Origin: Marsupella aquatica | Lineage: Eukaryota > Plantae > Marchantiophyta | Assembly: GCA_973895155.1 (NCBI GenBank) | Contig: OZ316893.1 | Location: 18,666,857 to 18,730,856 of the forward strand | Length of the DNA: 64,000 nucleotides | Reading direction: 5' to 3' | Shown: one piece after another, positions 21,982-35,300 of the stretch | Position numbering within the stretch: the first letter of the stretch is position 1 | How the letters are laid out: the number at the start of each line of letters is the position of its first letter | Translations under genes and position numbers: made by a program | The notes under the pieces: generated by a model | What the model was told of the DNA's origin: nothing | Databases searched by the model: none | The model's input: the letters and a program-made list of their open reading frames with translations, nothing else

Positions 21982-24900
21982 TGTGATGCCTAGCCAGGAA
22001 TCACTAGCCTGGTTTACATGGTAAAGCAGAAGTGTACCCTGGAAACACCTTAGTATAGGAACAAAAACAAAGGAAAATATAAACAATTAAGGGTGACTAT
22101 GGAACCCGGGCCGAGGCCGGAATTAAGGACGCCGGGGGAGAGAACACGATTAGGGTTAGGGCGCGCTAAGCGTCAGCGGCTAGGGGTGACCAACGGGAGG
22201 GAAGACCAGAAGAGGAGAGGGGTAAGGACCGCTCGCGAGGAATAGTGGGTCATTTGCAAGAACAAATTGGGCAGACGACTACGAGAGGCCAAATGCTGTC
22301 AGCTGCTTAGGCAAGCACTCGGGGTGGGAACAGATACCAACGATCGACTCAAGGAGGGTATGAGCAACGTCAATCAAGCGGCACATTTTTGGGGATGCCT
22401 GTTCGAACGGGCAGGTGAGTACGTCAGGACTTACGAGGACAAAGAATCAGAGAGAGCAGCTCGAGAACGGCAGGAGCTCGCTCGGCTCTGGGAACTGTAG
22501 AAGACGGCTTTCTTAGGAGGAGAACTTATCAAGGCCGAGTTCTTGTGGACTCCTACTGCCAATCAGCTCGATGACCTTCTGTTTTGCGAAAACAGAATTG
22601 TCGGCATCCGGGAAGCCATCAATCGCTGCAACGACCTACACTGGGAGTTGAAGGGTAACACGAAGGGGTGGACGAAGGCAACCTTGCTAGGAGAAATATC
22701 CACAACAGCCGAGATGAAGAGGAAAGGAAACAACAACGAAGAGGCCACCCTGGCAAAAAGAACGAGGTCGGCGGCACCAAGGAAGCCAGTAGAGCAGTAG
22801 AGCAGGAGGCAGGGAGAAGCCGAAGAGGAAGAGGTCGATCCCATCAATGCCATTCCAACAAATGATGACACCTGGAAAGGCTGGGCGGCGACCCTACCAG
22901 AGGAAGTGCAATTACACTTTGCACGGGAGGAGGATGCATGCTTTACGGCCATGTAGACCAAGAAGTACCAGGGCTTCATGGCCGGATCCGGCTTGGAGAC
23001 TTTTGTAAGATTACCATGGCTGAAGCAGGAGGTGTCGGACTCAGACTTATTAGAATTCGTGGGATCATGGGAATCCGAGACCAATTCCACGAGGGTGTAT
23101 GGGAAGGATTTCTATCTCACTCCCCGGGTGATTGCCGAGGTGTTTGGCTTGCCGGTGGGTAATAAGACCAAGGTTGATACCAGGAAGACCTTACCTGACA
23201 AGGAGTTCCGGTCGTTCCCAGGACCATCAACGAAGAATGGCTTCTTCCGGAACACCTGCACCAACCCACACATCGGAGAGATGATCGATTTCTTGCGGGT
23301 GACCATGCATTGTAACTTGCCGAGGGCAGAGATCGGCAAGGCTCAGGTCTACCTGGCAGAAAGGCCAGACCCAAGCCGGGATTACAACGGGTACCTCCTC
23401 AACCAACTGAAGAAAATCTTGAAGGAGGAACAGCAGGTGATCGGCGTGGGAAGCGTGTCCCGGCTTGGCTATCACATGCCGCTGTTGTGCCGGTATGCCA
23501 GAAGTCAAATCTTTGCCCCAGTACTTCCCCTATCGGCAAGGGCACCGGAGGAGGTTCCGGAGCAGGGGCCGGCACCAGAGAAGCCCAACCAGCACGATAG
23601 TCCGACGATCGAGCAGGTGTTTTGGTCAAGGAAAGAAGACTTGCCGATGTAGCAATCAGGCATGTAGAATCTGCTGAAAATGCTGGAGAAGGAGAGAACG
23701 GCACCAGCAACGGCAACGGCAATGGCACCGGTACAGGACACTACCCCAGAGGCCGGCCTAAGCCGACTCAGGAGGGAAAACCCCTTTATCGGAGCCAAGG
23801 AGAGAGGGAAGCCGGAACACAAGCCGGGAGTACAAATGTACGTGGGAGCCTCAAGCCCTGAATCAAAGGCAGAGCAGCCTAAGGCTCCTTCCCGCCGAGA
23901 ATAGAGGGAGACGACAGCTTGGAAACCAGAGGAACTAGAGCCCATGATCGGTAAGGCCGTTTGCACGACAGGACCAGGGGAACAAAGGGAGAAGCCGGGA
24001 GTCCAAGTAGTGGAGGAGGCGGTGGAGGACTACAGCAATGATAACTCCAGCTATGGGTCGGATCATCATGTTCCAGGAGTAAGGACCTGTGGCCGATTTA
24101 TCCCCACGCTTCCAAGAGTAGTTCGAGGGGACCCCACCCAGCAAAGTAGCCCCGAGTCTCCCCCACCAGAGGTTGCTCCCCCGAGCTTTGACGGCATAAA
24201 GCAGACGGCACAAGAATTTCAGGAGCAACTTAGGGAGGAAGAGAAAGCAGCCCTGGCTAGGGAGAAAGATTTACCAGGAGGAGATTGGCCGGAGGACATC
24301 AGGCGGCTTGCCGAAAAAAGAAGCAACCCTCTTGCCACCATAGAAGAAATCCGCAAGGCGGCTTGGGAGCAGAGGCCGCGGTGGTTGATGCCGATGACTT
24401 CTAGTTACTCCACCTATGCTAAGGATAGAGCCATGGAGTACGGGGAGATGTGTGGGGACCTGGCGCTCAGCATCTTTGGGGAGGAGTTGGAGCAAGGACC
24501 CTTTTTCCAGAGGGAGATGTTGGAAAAGCACCGATTAGAAGAAGCGGTGTCTTTGGAGAGAAGCAAGAAGGACAAGGTCATCCGGCGGCTTAGGGAGAAG
24601 GAAGCCGAGGCGGAAGTCCTGCAGGTAGCCAAGAAAGCCCAAGATGAGCTACAGATTAAGCGGCATGAGCTAAACATCATGCAGGGGCAGTTGGATACCG
24701 CTCAGTCTGACAATCAGATTATCAAAGATAAACTGACTCGGACCCAAGGAGAGTTGGTCGGTGCAGTCAAGGAAAGAGAGAAATGGAAGCGAGAGCTAAG
24801 GGATGCAGAGGAGGCCCACTTAGCAGCCAACAATCAGGCCATGGCGGAGAACCAGAGAAGGGAGAGGGCGTTGAAAGGAGAGCTCAAAGATATCCGCGGA

Positions 24901-26763
24901 GCCCTTGAGCAGAAGGAAGCAGAGTTAGGGAAATCCTATCAAGGGATTATTGCACTGCAGTAGGAGCTTGCATCCCTAACGGCCAGCTTCAAGGCCGACC
25001 TACATGAAAAGGACGACCAGCTCAACCAGAGTTATGCCAAGATGAATAAGATGGAGTCTATGGTCGTAGTAGAGCTCGACAAGGAGCTAAGAGCAACCCA
25101 GGAGGAGAGGGCTACCTTAAAGAAAGAATTGGAGGAAGCCAATAAGGAGCTGGAGGAGGCACGCAAGGACCTAGACGAGACCCAGGAGGAGTTGGAGGAA
25201 ATCACGAGGAAGATGGAGAACCTACAGCGGCGGGCCGACAACCAAACGGAGCGGCTAAAGACACAAGCCGCAGTATTTAAATGCTTGGCTTCATCAGGTC
25301 CAACTCCAATTGGGGGAACCCAGTTACCAGGGGTAGTATTGGCCGAAGGACAAGCCAAAACACTCACCCCGGTGCCGAAGGTAAGTGGCAAGGGGAAGGA
25401 ACCGGCTGTCGAAATAGGGAAGAAGAAGAAGCGGAAACCTTATAGGTCTGGGAGTTATACGGCTTCTCAAGCCGTTGTGACCGAGAAGATAAACCCGACA
25501 TCAATCTCCGGCATCGACACGGCGGTGGATCCACCAGTCCTAGGAAGTGGAGATGGCAAGGCCGAGGTCGGGAGAACCAGTAATGCTGCCGAGGTACCGG
25601 ATCCTCCACTAGAACATGTCGGGGAGGCCGTAGCCATATTAGAGGCCGTAGCCATATCAGAGGCCGTGACCGATGCTGAGGCCAAAGCCGAGGGTGGACC
25701 CAGTCAGGCCGATGAAGAGTTGACTCGGTCAGGGGCAGGTAATCTGTCAGAAGACGGACCAACGGCAGTGGCTGCAGAGGAAGCATTGGGGGCGTCCATT
25801 GAGGACCAGCCACCGGTGTCGTGATGGTGTAAGGGCGCCGTCCCTTTTAGGGAGGGCGGACATGGAGGTAGGAGGCGTGAGTGGGCAGGGCGGGCGCTGA
25901 TCTCCAAGTTTAGACTTAGGATCAGGACCAGGAGACGGCCCTGACACTTAGATTAGTGGGATTTCGGATCCACGGGTGAGGACGACACTTGTGCTCCTGC
26001 CTCGCTGTACATAGGTAGATTATAGTTAGGTAGATTACAGTTAGGTAGATTATAGTAGGTAGATTAGGCTTACGCTGCAAGGAATCAGACGGATCCACAA
26101 CCAGGATAAGTACCTGGGCTGCGGGGAGTTTAGGGCCTCTTCTTTAGCAAGTTTTTAGTTGCACCAGCAGGGCTGGGATCAAGTAGTAAGAGAAGCTCTC
26201 GGTTAGTTATACAGTGACCCTTGTGTATATTCATGTTTCCTCATACCTAAGAACTGAATAGAGTTGGCCTCACGGCTTAGTTCGCAGAGCTTGTGTATGA
26301 GATGTACTGTTTGTATGGCAAGTGCATGGTATAACTCAGTCAGAAGGAGTTATTTTGCTATTTGTGTGTCGCATTAACTTGTGTGAAGAGTGCCCACATC
26401 AACTAATAGAGGAATAGAAGTAAGCAGGGGAGTGAGAGTTGGATGTGTCGAGCTGAGAGAGGTCTTAGCGGCTTAACCAAGCCAATTGGGGATCATTTCG
26501 GCGGCGGAATCCAAACATACCTAATGGAAGACCAGGAGAGGAATACAAGGGAGGGCCTAGAATAGGCCGGCTAAGTATCTCATGACCCGATGAAGGATCT
26601 GTCCAGTATATGTGTGTAAAATGTTAATAATAGTAGTTGAAGGAGAGTTAGCAGCGTCCCATGCCGCTAAGCCACGGAAACGGCCTCGCCAAGGACGAAA
26701 CCTGTAGGAATCGGCTTGAGCAAGGGGGTTTCTTGGGTTTGGGGAGCCATGGGACGCACCACA
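21982..26763 (+). mobile_element. 4.8-kb solo-LTR-like unit containing a long ORF, nested in the CACTA
   Basis: TGTGATGC...GCACCACA ends with 5-bp TSD AGAGA (21977-21981, 26764-26768). No terminal direct repeats and no gag/pol. Confidence 0.8.
22099..25824 (+). pseudogene. ~1241-codon accessory ORF (same family as 2783-5317) with eight in-frame TAG stops and no frameshift
   Basis: ORFs starting at 22267, 22543, 22978, 23680, 23944 and 25042 share one frame with ATG 22099. Domain GLETFVRLPW...LTPRVIAEVFGLP...KNGF..C, followed by a long coiled coil. Confidence 0.8.
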
Positions 26764-27564
26764 AGAGATATAGCAGCATTTGAGGCAATAATTGCCAGAC
26801 GACAAAAAGACAACACAATAACTTATCAAAACTGAACACAGGCTCAAACACAAAAAATTGATGCTAAGGAGGAACTACAGGAGACATACACAAAGTGGGC
26901 GCAGTTACATCCGTAGGATGGCATTCACCATGGGTTGGTTAGCTACATTTAATCACGAGCACTTGGCATCTTTCTTGCTTTGAATTCGTTCATCTATCGA
27001 TGCACCCTGTAGTTGCACTCAATTTGAAGATTGGGCAGTCCCTGCATTTCTCATCCACCCAGAGCGGGGTTATTTGGGATTTCTCTACTGGACCATTTTG
27101 AGAGTTTTCAATGTCTAGGTTTAGGGTAGGAGAGTGTGTGCATTTGGGGTACGTGGTACTGCATCCTACTCTTTAGGAGAACTCTCCCTGCGTCCGGAAT
27201 ATCAGACAGAGGAATATCAGACAGATAACAGACAGGCACAGTTGGCAATCGACAGACCAAGCGTAGTGCCCTGAAACAGACTACAAATCAGCAATAGAAC
27301 TCACTCTGCATTCCTCCCCATGGCCCTACGTTATTGTGAGTAGAATGGAACGGGATTTTTATTGGTGTTCAACAGAAGAAATCTGTCTCTAGATCTGGAC
27401 GCTCTAGAGGCTCTGGAAGAGAAAATTCAGTGTCACAGATTGAAACGGCGGTGGCATTAGCATGCAGCAAAACAAATCTCTTTGTGGGAAACGAGAAGCT
27501 TGACTCCCAATTAGAGTCCCAAAAAGACAAAGAAGCTCACTCTACAAATGGAGATGGAGGGGAA

Positions 27565-27785
27565 CTCGTCCTCCGCTCACAGCTCGTCCTCCGCTTGCAG
27601 CTTGTCCTCCGCTCGCAGCTTGTCCTCCGCTCGCAGCTCAGCCCGAGCTCGTCCTTCGCTCTCCGCTCATCCTCCGCTCGCAGCCCGAGCTCATCCTTCG
27701 CTCTCCGCTCATCCTCTGCTCGCAGCCCGAGCTCGTCCTTCGCTCTCCGCTCATCCTCCGCTTGTAGCACATCCTCCGCTCCTCA
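27565..27785. repeat. Tandem 18-bp and 39-bp GC-rich repeats in the CACTA 5' region
   Basis: (CAGCTYGTCCTCCGCTCG) ~4 copies, then (AGCCCGAGCTCGTCCTTCGCTCTCCGCTCATCCTCCGCTCGC)-like ~3 copies. Confidence 0.85.
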
Positions 27786-29677
27786 CCCGCAACTTGGAGG
27801 GAATGTAAAGAAGCTATTGCAATGCCATTCGATCAAAGCTCCTGGAAACATGTAGCGCCCAAGTCCTACCGAGGTGCTCCGCCGAACGCGCGCAACACAC
27901 TCAAAAACAATAGCAGCCTGAATGGCTTCGGGTCGGAGCTCCTCCTCTAAAGCTTGCAAATGGTCAATAGTATAGGTCCAGGTCCAACGCTTCACTGAAA
28001 CAATGCCTCGCCCAACACTTGCCCGACGTTACGCAGCGTAGTGATAAAGTCCCAAGAGCACTTAAACTTTGTGCAACCCTAAAGGTGAGAGCACTCCGTG
28101 CGGAAACTGATATGTGCGCACCAAGAAACCACGAGATTCAACATAGCAGATCGATGGTTTTTGGGAAAAAGGGCCCTCGCGAGAATGGTGAACACTTGTG
28201 CTGGAAACAATGTCGCCCCCTAAACCTGGTCATGTTTACCGTTGGATGAGCTTAAAAGACACACAACATCTACAATAGGGTAATTCACTTACCCTAAAAC
28301 TCCTAAAAATGTCCTGACCCCCATAAGACCACAATACAAGGGAAGCTAAATGATTCTACAACCCCATCTAAACTTTAACTCAAGGGAAGCCCACCTCCCA
28401 CCCATAAGCAGCCCCGGGCCAAATAAGGTCATTTCTGGTGATTTCTTATAGGAGTCCTCCCATATCATACCACAATGACATTATATGAGGTCCTGATAAT
28501 TAAAAAGAGAACCCCAATATTCCAAAATGTTTATGCCCCACTAGTGCATGGAGAATAGTATGTAGAGAGTCATGCAACCCTTCTTAAATGGAGTACCCCT
28601 AAATGACCCGATGTATGACTTTGGACTAAAAGAACCACTAGTTGCAGTCATTAGATCTCAATTTTTGTCATTGCCAAAGACACACCATTAAAAGTTCATG
28701 TCACGATCAATTATTACCCCTACTCTAAAATCGGCCTGGCAATAATCACACATCGATCAAAACGTGTTAATAATTTGTGTGAACTCTCTTATTTAAGGAA
28801 AATAGTGAAGTTTATTATAGTATTGAATGATATGGTATACCATATATGTACTATTTTGATTAGCACTTATGGGGCCCCAAAAAATTTGGGTCCAAGGAAT
28901 TACACATTCACATGTGATAATATGTGATATACTATGTCATTTTTTAATTCATGACAACCCCAATGACTGCACAAGGGACCACTTAAATGACCAAATGTCC
29001 AATAATTTGTCTTATATGACACTTAATATGACCATTTCAATGACATTATTTGTAGTCAAAATTGGTTTTTATGACACAACATTTGAATTATATGACATGC
29101 AAAATGATGGCGCCAATGACCCTCACTTCAGTCATTGGCATTAATGAATACCCTTAATCCAAAATGACCCAATGAAATTATGCTCCTCTTGTAGTGCCCA
29201 AAGTTCCATAATGCCTTCCCTAAACGCAAAAACATGTCTGAACATTTATTATGCTACAACTAGTGGTCGGGGAATAGAAAGTATAGTATCCCCCACCTAG
29301 TGGAAGGGTTGTGAGCTCTATCGACGGCGTGGCACTCATTCTTACATTTAGTCCCTAGCCCCAAATTGATCATTTGTGCTTTTGCTTAATGACTGCATGA
29401 GGGACCACACAAATGACCACAAGTCCAGTCACTTGACTTATATGACCACCCATATGACAGTTTTAATGACTCTACTTTTGGTCATTGGCATTTATGACGG
29501 TCCATTGGTCACATATGACCCATTAAAGGCCCTAGTACCTCCAAAGAGAGCCCGCTTTAGATTCCTTGCAAGGTTAGAATATTCCTCTTCCCTAAACCCA
29601 CACCATACAGGGAAGCATGACTCCCCTGCCCATTCCATTGGTGCAGCACCACCTCTTGGAGAACCAAAAAACAACTT

Positions 29678-30115
29678 TTATTTGCCTTTGGATATGATGG
29701 TGTGCATGCATGGTAACACTTTTGGCAAATCACTCCAAAGTCGTACAACTTGGGAGTGATTTCCCCAAAGGTGCATCATGCCTTAAGTAAATGCAAAAAC
29801 ATGTGTCCAAAGTGTTTATGTCGCAACTAGTGGTTGGACAATGATGAGTATAGTGTCCCGCACCTAGTGGAGGGGTTCTCACCTCTATGTGGGGCCACAA
29901 GGCACTCTAGGGCTTCATTTGCCTTTGGATACGATGGTATGCATCTATGGTGACACTTCTAGCAAAGTTGTATGACTTGGGAGTAATTTCCCCAAAGGTG
30001 CATCATGCCTTAAGTAAACGCAAAGACATGTGTTCAAATTGCTACTGCCGCAACCAATGGGAGGACAATGATGAGTATAGTGTCCCGCACTTAGTGGAAG
30101 GGTTATCAACTCTAT
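29678..30115. repeat. ~240-bp tandem duplication in the CACTA subterminal region (partial third copy near 29200-29330)
   Basis: ATTTGCCTTTGGATA...CCCCAAAGGTGCATCATGCCTTAAGTAAA...GAGTATAGTGTCCCGCAC occurs twice. Confidence 0.8.
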
Positions 30116-32335
30116 CAATGACTCTACAATTATGACCGGTGTCTGGAATGACTATTGAGTATTTTAATCTTGATATCTCTTGGGTTCTTTAATGACTCTA
30201 TAAGTAGTCATTTATGCAATAAGTCCATAATGATTGTATGTTATTGTAAACATTGATATATCGTGATTTTTAGAGTGACCCTATATTTAGTCATTTATTA
30301 GAGAAGTCCATAATGACGGTATGTTGTTGTAAACACTGATATTTCTTATTTTCAGATTGATCCTATATTTTGTCATTTAACACCGTTGGTTAAAATGACG
30401 GAAATACATTTTTTGTCATTTATCATCGTTATCCAAAATGACCCAAATATATTTTTGGTCATTTCAATCATTGTCCAAAGTGACTATAATGGTGCTAAAC
30501 ACTGATTTATCATTGGTGTTATTTATTGCGTCATTTAGGACATGTGTCTAAATTGACCATTTTAGGAAATTTGTGTCATTTTGGTCGCAACAATCATTAC
30601 AGACATTGTACAAAATGACACAAAAGTTATCATTTTGTCATTTCAGTATATTGGTCATTGTGGACGGTCATTCTCCTGTCATTCTTTTTGTGTCATTAGA
30701 AATTTTGGTCATTTATTCATTTCCGTCATTGGGTGATTGATCATAAAGGGCCCTGTTTTCTTCTAGTGTCAACTAACCAAGGGTCAACTAACCCTAGTAA
30801 GGCCAAACTAACTAAAGTCGGGAACTCGAGTCAATTCCTAACAATCTCCACCTTGACTCCAGTTCACACAATGAGTCAGGTGATATACAATATGTAACTA
30901 AGTAACATATCTACATAGTCTCCGGTTTGGCCCTAACATTAATAATATCCACACAATGACTAAAGCTATTGGTAGGTAAAACTGTGGTAAGCATGTCTAC
31001 CGCATTATCCTCTGAAGCCACCTTCTCCAGAAACATTTGCTTCGTCTCAATCACCTCACGGATGAAGTGATAGCGAATATCAATGTGCTTTGTCCTAGCA
31101 TGGAACACGGGGTTCTTAGCCAGATGCAAAGCACTTTGACTGTTACACAGCAGCACCGGTCTTTCAGGTGAAAAACCCAGATCACTCACCAATCTCCGTA
31201 GCCAGATCAGCTCTTTGGTTGCCGAGTACTCAGCCTCAGTAGTAGACAACGCAACACATGATTGAGTTGCCGACTTCCAGCTGATACAACCTCCACCTAG
31301 CATAAACACATAGCCTGTAGTAGACTTCCTGTTATCCAAGTTACCAGCATAATCTGAATCTACAAAACCTTCAAACTCTAATGTAGAGTTTGCTTTACCG
31401 TCAAATAAAATCCCACAATCTAAGGTACCTTTCAGATATCACAGAACCCACTTCACTGCTTCCCAATGAAGTTTACCAGGGTTTGCCATAAATCTGCTCA
31501 AAATGCTAACAGCGTGGGCAATGTCAGGTCTAGTGCATGTCATTGCATACATCAAACTACCCACAACACTATCATAGGGAACGTGTTTCATTGCCAATCT
31601 ATCACTCTTACTAGAAGGGCAATCATTCTTTGAGAGTTTAAAGTAGGAAGCCAATGGAGTACCAACTGGTTTTGCATTCTCCATCCCATCCTTGGCAAGT
31701 ACCTTCTCCAAATATTGCCTCTAAGACAACCATAATTGCCTCTGCTCCCTATCACGATGAATCTCCATCCCTAGGATCTTCTTGGCCTGACCCAAGTCCT
31801 TCATTGAAAACTCCTTACTCAACATTGCTTTCAGATGGGCAACATCAGACTTATTCTCAGCCAGGATCAGCATGTCATCCACGTATAGTATCAGCACAAT
31901 GTAACCACAGCGTGAGTAATTCTCCACCTCCTTCATGTAAATACAACATTCCGCGTGAACCCTTGAGACAACATGAAGGAATCAAAATGCTTATTCCATT
32001 GTCTGGGACTCTACTTCAATCAAGCGCAAGAGCTGACACACCAAATGTCTAGTCTTCTCGTCAAATCTCCACATCAAGCAATCCATGTAGGAAAGCAGTA
32101 ATTACATCCATTTGATCTAATTCCAGTTCATAGAATGCCACGATCGCAAGTAAAACACGGATAGTAGCAAGTTTGACAACTGGTGAGAAAATCTTTGTGT
32201 AGTCCAAGTCCTCCTTTTGGGTGTACCCTTTGGCCACAAGGCGTGTCTTGTAAGTGCCATCCTGCTTCTTCTTGTAAAATCATCTACACGGAACCAGTGT
32301 CTTTCCGCGAGGGAGGCATGTCAGTTAAGCGCCAA

Positions 32336-35300
32336 TGTGGATATACAGTAAACTTGAAAAGCTAAGATTAAGTGCAAATTTTTAAATTTTCTGGTCGCTA
32401 AAGTTTAAGTTCACTTAAACTTACATTTTTTACGCCTTTTAGTAAGATACGATCTTACGATCTTACGATCTTACGATCTTATTACCTTACGATTTACGAA
32501 CTTACGCGGTACTAGAAGATTACGCCGTTGCAAGACTAACGGGCGGAAAGTACACTATGAGCCGCATCGCGTGAAATCTTACGACCAGAGTGAATCACTC
32601 TCTGCATGACTATTTCCGACGCTTACAAGCATCGCTCCGCTTCATCTGATCAACATCCACCTCAAGATTGTGAACCCGAGAGCTATGGCAACATTCGATT
32701 GTGATGAGGAATACCTCATTGATTCTGTGGCAATTCCAAAAGCGCTCGTCGTCAGGCTCCCCAGGACCGAAGAGAGCTATGAATCATTACGCCAATCCTT
32801 GAGAGAGCTTGGACTGGAGAAATTATTACGACTACCATGGACTTCAGAGTTGGACACCTACCTGGAAGATTTTGTTAGAGGATCAATTGTCGCCTCACCT
32901 TCGCCTACTTCTATTCGAGGACGGCCCAGCAAATGGACCATAGATCACTTCGCGTATGCTTTTGGATGTTTTGCTGACGGAGAAGCGCTACTTTCGCCCA
33001 AGGATGATACATCAACTCCATACTTTTCAGGTACCCGGAATAAGAGAAATGGCTGGAATGTGAGTCAATGCAATCATTTGGAGCTAAGAATTCTTTTGGA
33101 ATTTTTGGTTCCTATTTTTCATCCCAAGAAACCAACTGTTTGCTCCATTTCTCTGGCCAATACCATCATCGCTGCGCACAGTGGTAGAGTAAAGGTCAAT
33201 TGGGCTTTGGTATTTTTCAATGTTGTGAGGGATCAACTTCGGACATTAAGGGCGAATCAATCAACTCAACTGCAAAACTATCTAGCCCAGCTATACTCCG
33301 CTTTTGATTGCTCACTTCCTGAGGAGGTGATGGAGAGAGATTATCTTATGGAAGAAATCTCCAAGTTGTGGGAACAAGATGAAATTATGCCTACTACAGC
33401 AGAAGAGGCAAACGTCATATCGCCAGCTTCTCCAGGCAGCCGGGCAAGTCTTCACAATTCAAGTCCTTCAGATGAGGTACCCATGGACCTAGAAGCACTT
33501 ACTACAGATGTTGAGATGATAGACTACCCAGGGATCCCCTCACCACCCCTTTCCACAGGAATTGGGAAGTTTCCTATTCGACTTGCACAGGATGACTCCA
33601 ATCAGACCCTGATCAGTAAGGTGTGTGCTTTGCTCAACTGTGACTTTCATTCACTGTACGAGACCATTGAGCAATTGCGCCATGACGCAGTGACACAGGT
33701 TCCTCCTTCTGCACTTTCATCTCCGGATCATGAGAATTCGCCATCATCTTCACCTCCAGCAGAAATTCAGCTCTCCATAGAGGAACTTTTTGCTGTTAAG
33801 ACCGTGGCTCAAATCTCAGTTCCATCCCCTACAGACTTGAAGGAGACCTCACCTACAAATTCAGAGCCTCCTCCCTGCTCATCTGTAGAACATCACTCCT
33901 GCCTTAAGATTGTCCATGAGTTAACTACTATGTTAGGCTGCCGTTCAGAAGAAGTCACCTCCATAGTCGATGAATTTCTTGATAGACCTGAACCTTCACG
34001 CTCCCCACTGCCATCCTCTCAGTTTCCCTATAGTCCTGATTCCAATTATGAGCCTACTGATAGTCTACCTCATAAATCTTTGCACTCCACACAACCCTTC
34101 TCTCAGCAAGGATTTCCCTTTTCTGAAGATTCTGATCCTCCATCCACACCAGAATACTTCTTTCCCTATGATATTCCAGTCTGTGACTCACCAGATCAGG
34201 GATTCGAAAGAGTTAATGCAGCCTTGCGATCTAACCCCAACCTTGTTGCAGTTGTCACTTCTTCTACCCAGACTCCTAGAAACGCTATCATCTATAAAAT
34301 GGAGCCTAGAACACCAGAGCAACAAGTCCAGAAGTATGTCACCACTTGTAAGATTATGCATGCCAATACACCGCCTATAAGTGAGTTCTGGAGGTTTTAT
34401 TATTTGAAGAAAGCAGAGGCTAGCTACATTTTTGATCTCAGGATGATTGGTACCTCTCGTGTGGAGTTGGCTCAGTTTGATGAGTACTGGACAGATTCAG
34501 TCTACTTCCGACCTATACTGCCCGTTATGTTTCTACAAGGTGATGTTGAAGTTGATGACCCGGATTTAATCCTGGCCTATTTGGGAAATATAGCCGCTTA
34601 TGCTTTAGATTTCTTACTAATTTTTCTAAAACAGAGCAACAAGTCTACTACCCCTGATCACTCATATATTCCCACTGGACCCAAGGTTATCCTTACTTCA
34701 ACCACTTCTTATGAAGACAAGCAGCGAGTATGGAACAACATCAGCACGCAGCAGCTAACAAACTACACTCGCTACTTCCGGGATGTGCAGTGGAAATTAC
34801 GATCCTCCTACAACAAGATGCTGAGTACAGAGATGTTCTTACAATTCTACCCATCTGTCTACGCCAACTCGTGCAATTGTTTAGATGTCATAGGCATCTT
34901 ACGGGAAGCAATCAGAATCAACCAGTGCTTTTTGGAGAAAAGGATGCCACTTATGTATTGGGGAAGACAGATGAGATGTCTACCTTACATCCGGGATCAA
35001 CCTCACTGTGATGAAGTAAGGGAAGCTATTCGGACGCGCACTATTTGGAAAGTAGAAATTAGAGAACTAGAGGATATTCGACAACCAAAAGATTGAAGCA
35101 GACCTGCAATTTTGTTAAGTGTCAGAGGCAGTTTCAGTTACTGTACCCCGCTCGATTTTATTAGACATGTTTTAAGATTCCAAAACTCATCAAGTCTTTT
35201 TCAGTAGACAGCTTATACATAGGAAAACACATTGGCAAAGTCTCAATCACTTTGGATTGTAGTTAGAAAGTTAGAAATACTTTAGTTTGCTGAGTTTAGG

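Larger units (their letters stand above)
6787..30768 (-). mobile_element. CACTA (En/Spm) DNA transposon, ~24 kb including ~9 kb of nested insertions
   Basis: Termini CACTAGTAAAAAACAAGG (6787) and CCCTGTTTTCTTCTAGTG (30768). 3-bp TSD TAA/TCA (one mismatch). Dense ATGAC/GTCAT subterminal motifs at both ends. TnpD- and TnpA-like genes inside. Removing it restores the copia LTR. Confidence 0.95.

Noticed and set aside
23944-25824. Coiled-coil ORFs resembling myosin/SMC-like host proteins
   Set aside because: They are in-frame parts of the TE accessory ORF inside a TSD-bounded unit.
25828-26910. Alternative LTR TGTAAG...GTTACA following the coiled-coil ORF
   Set aside because: No PPT precedes it and no matching TSD was found, whereas 21982-26763 has inverted ends and a perfect TSD.
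27430-27855. Overlapping Ser/Arg-rich ORFs
   Set aside because: Products of 18-bp and 39-bp tandem repeats.
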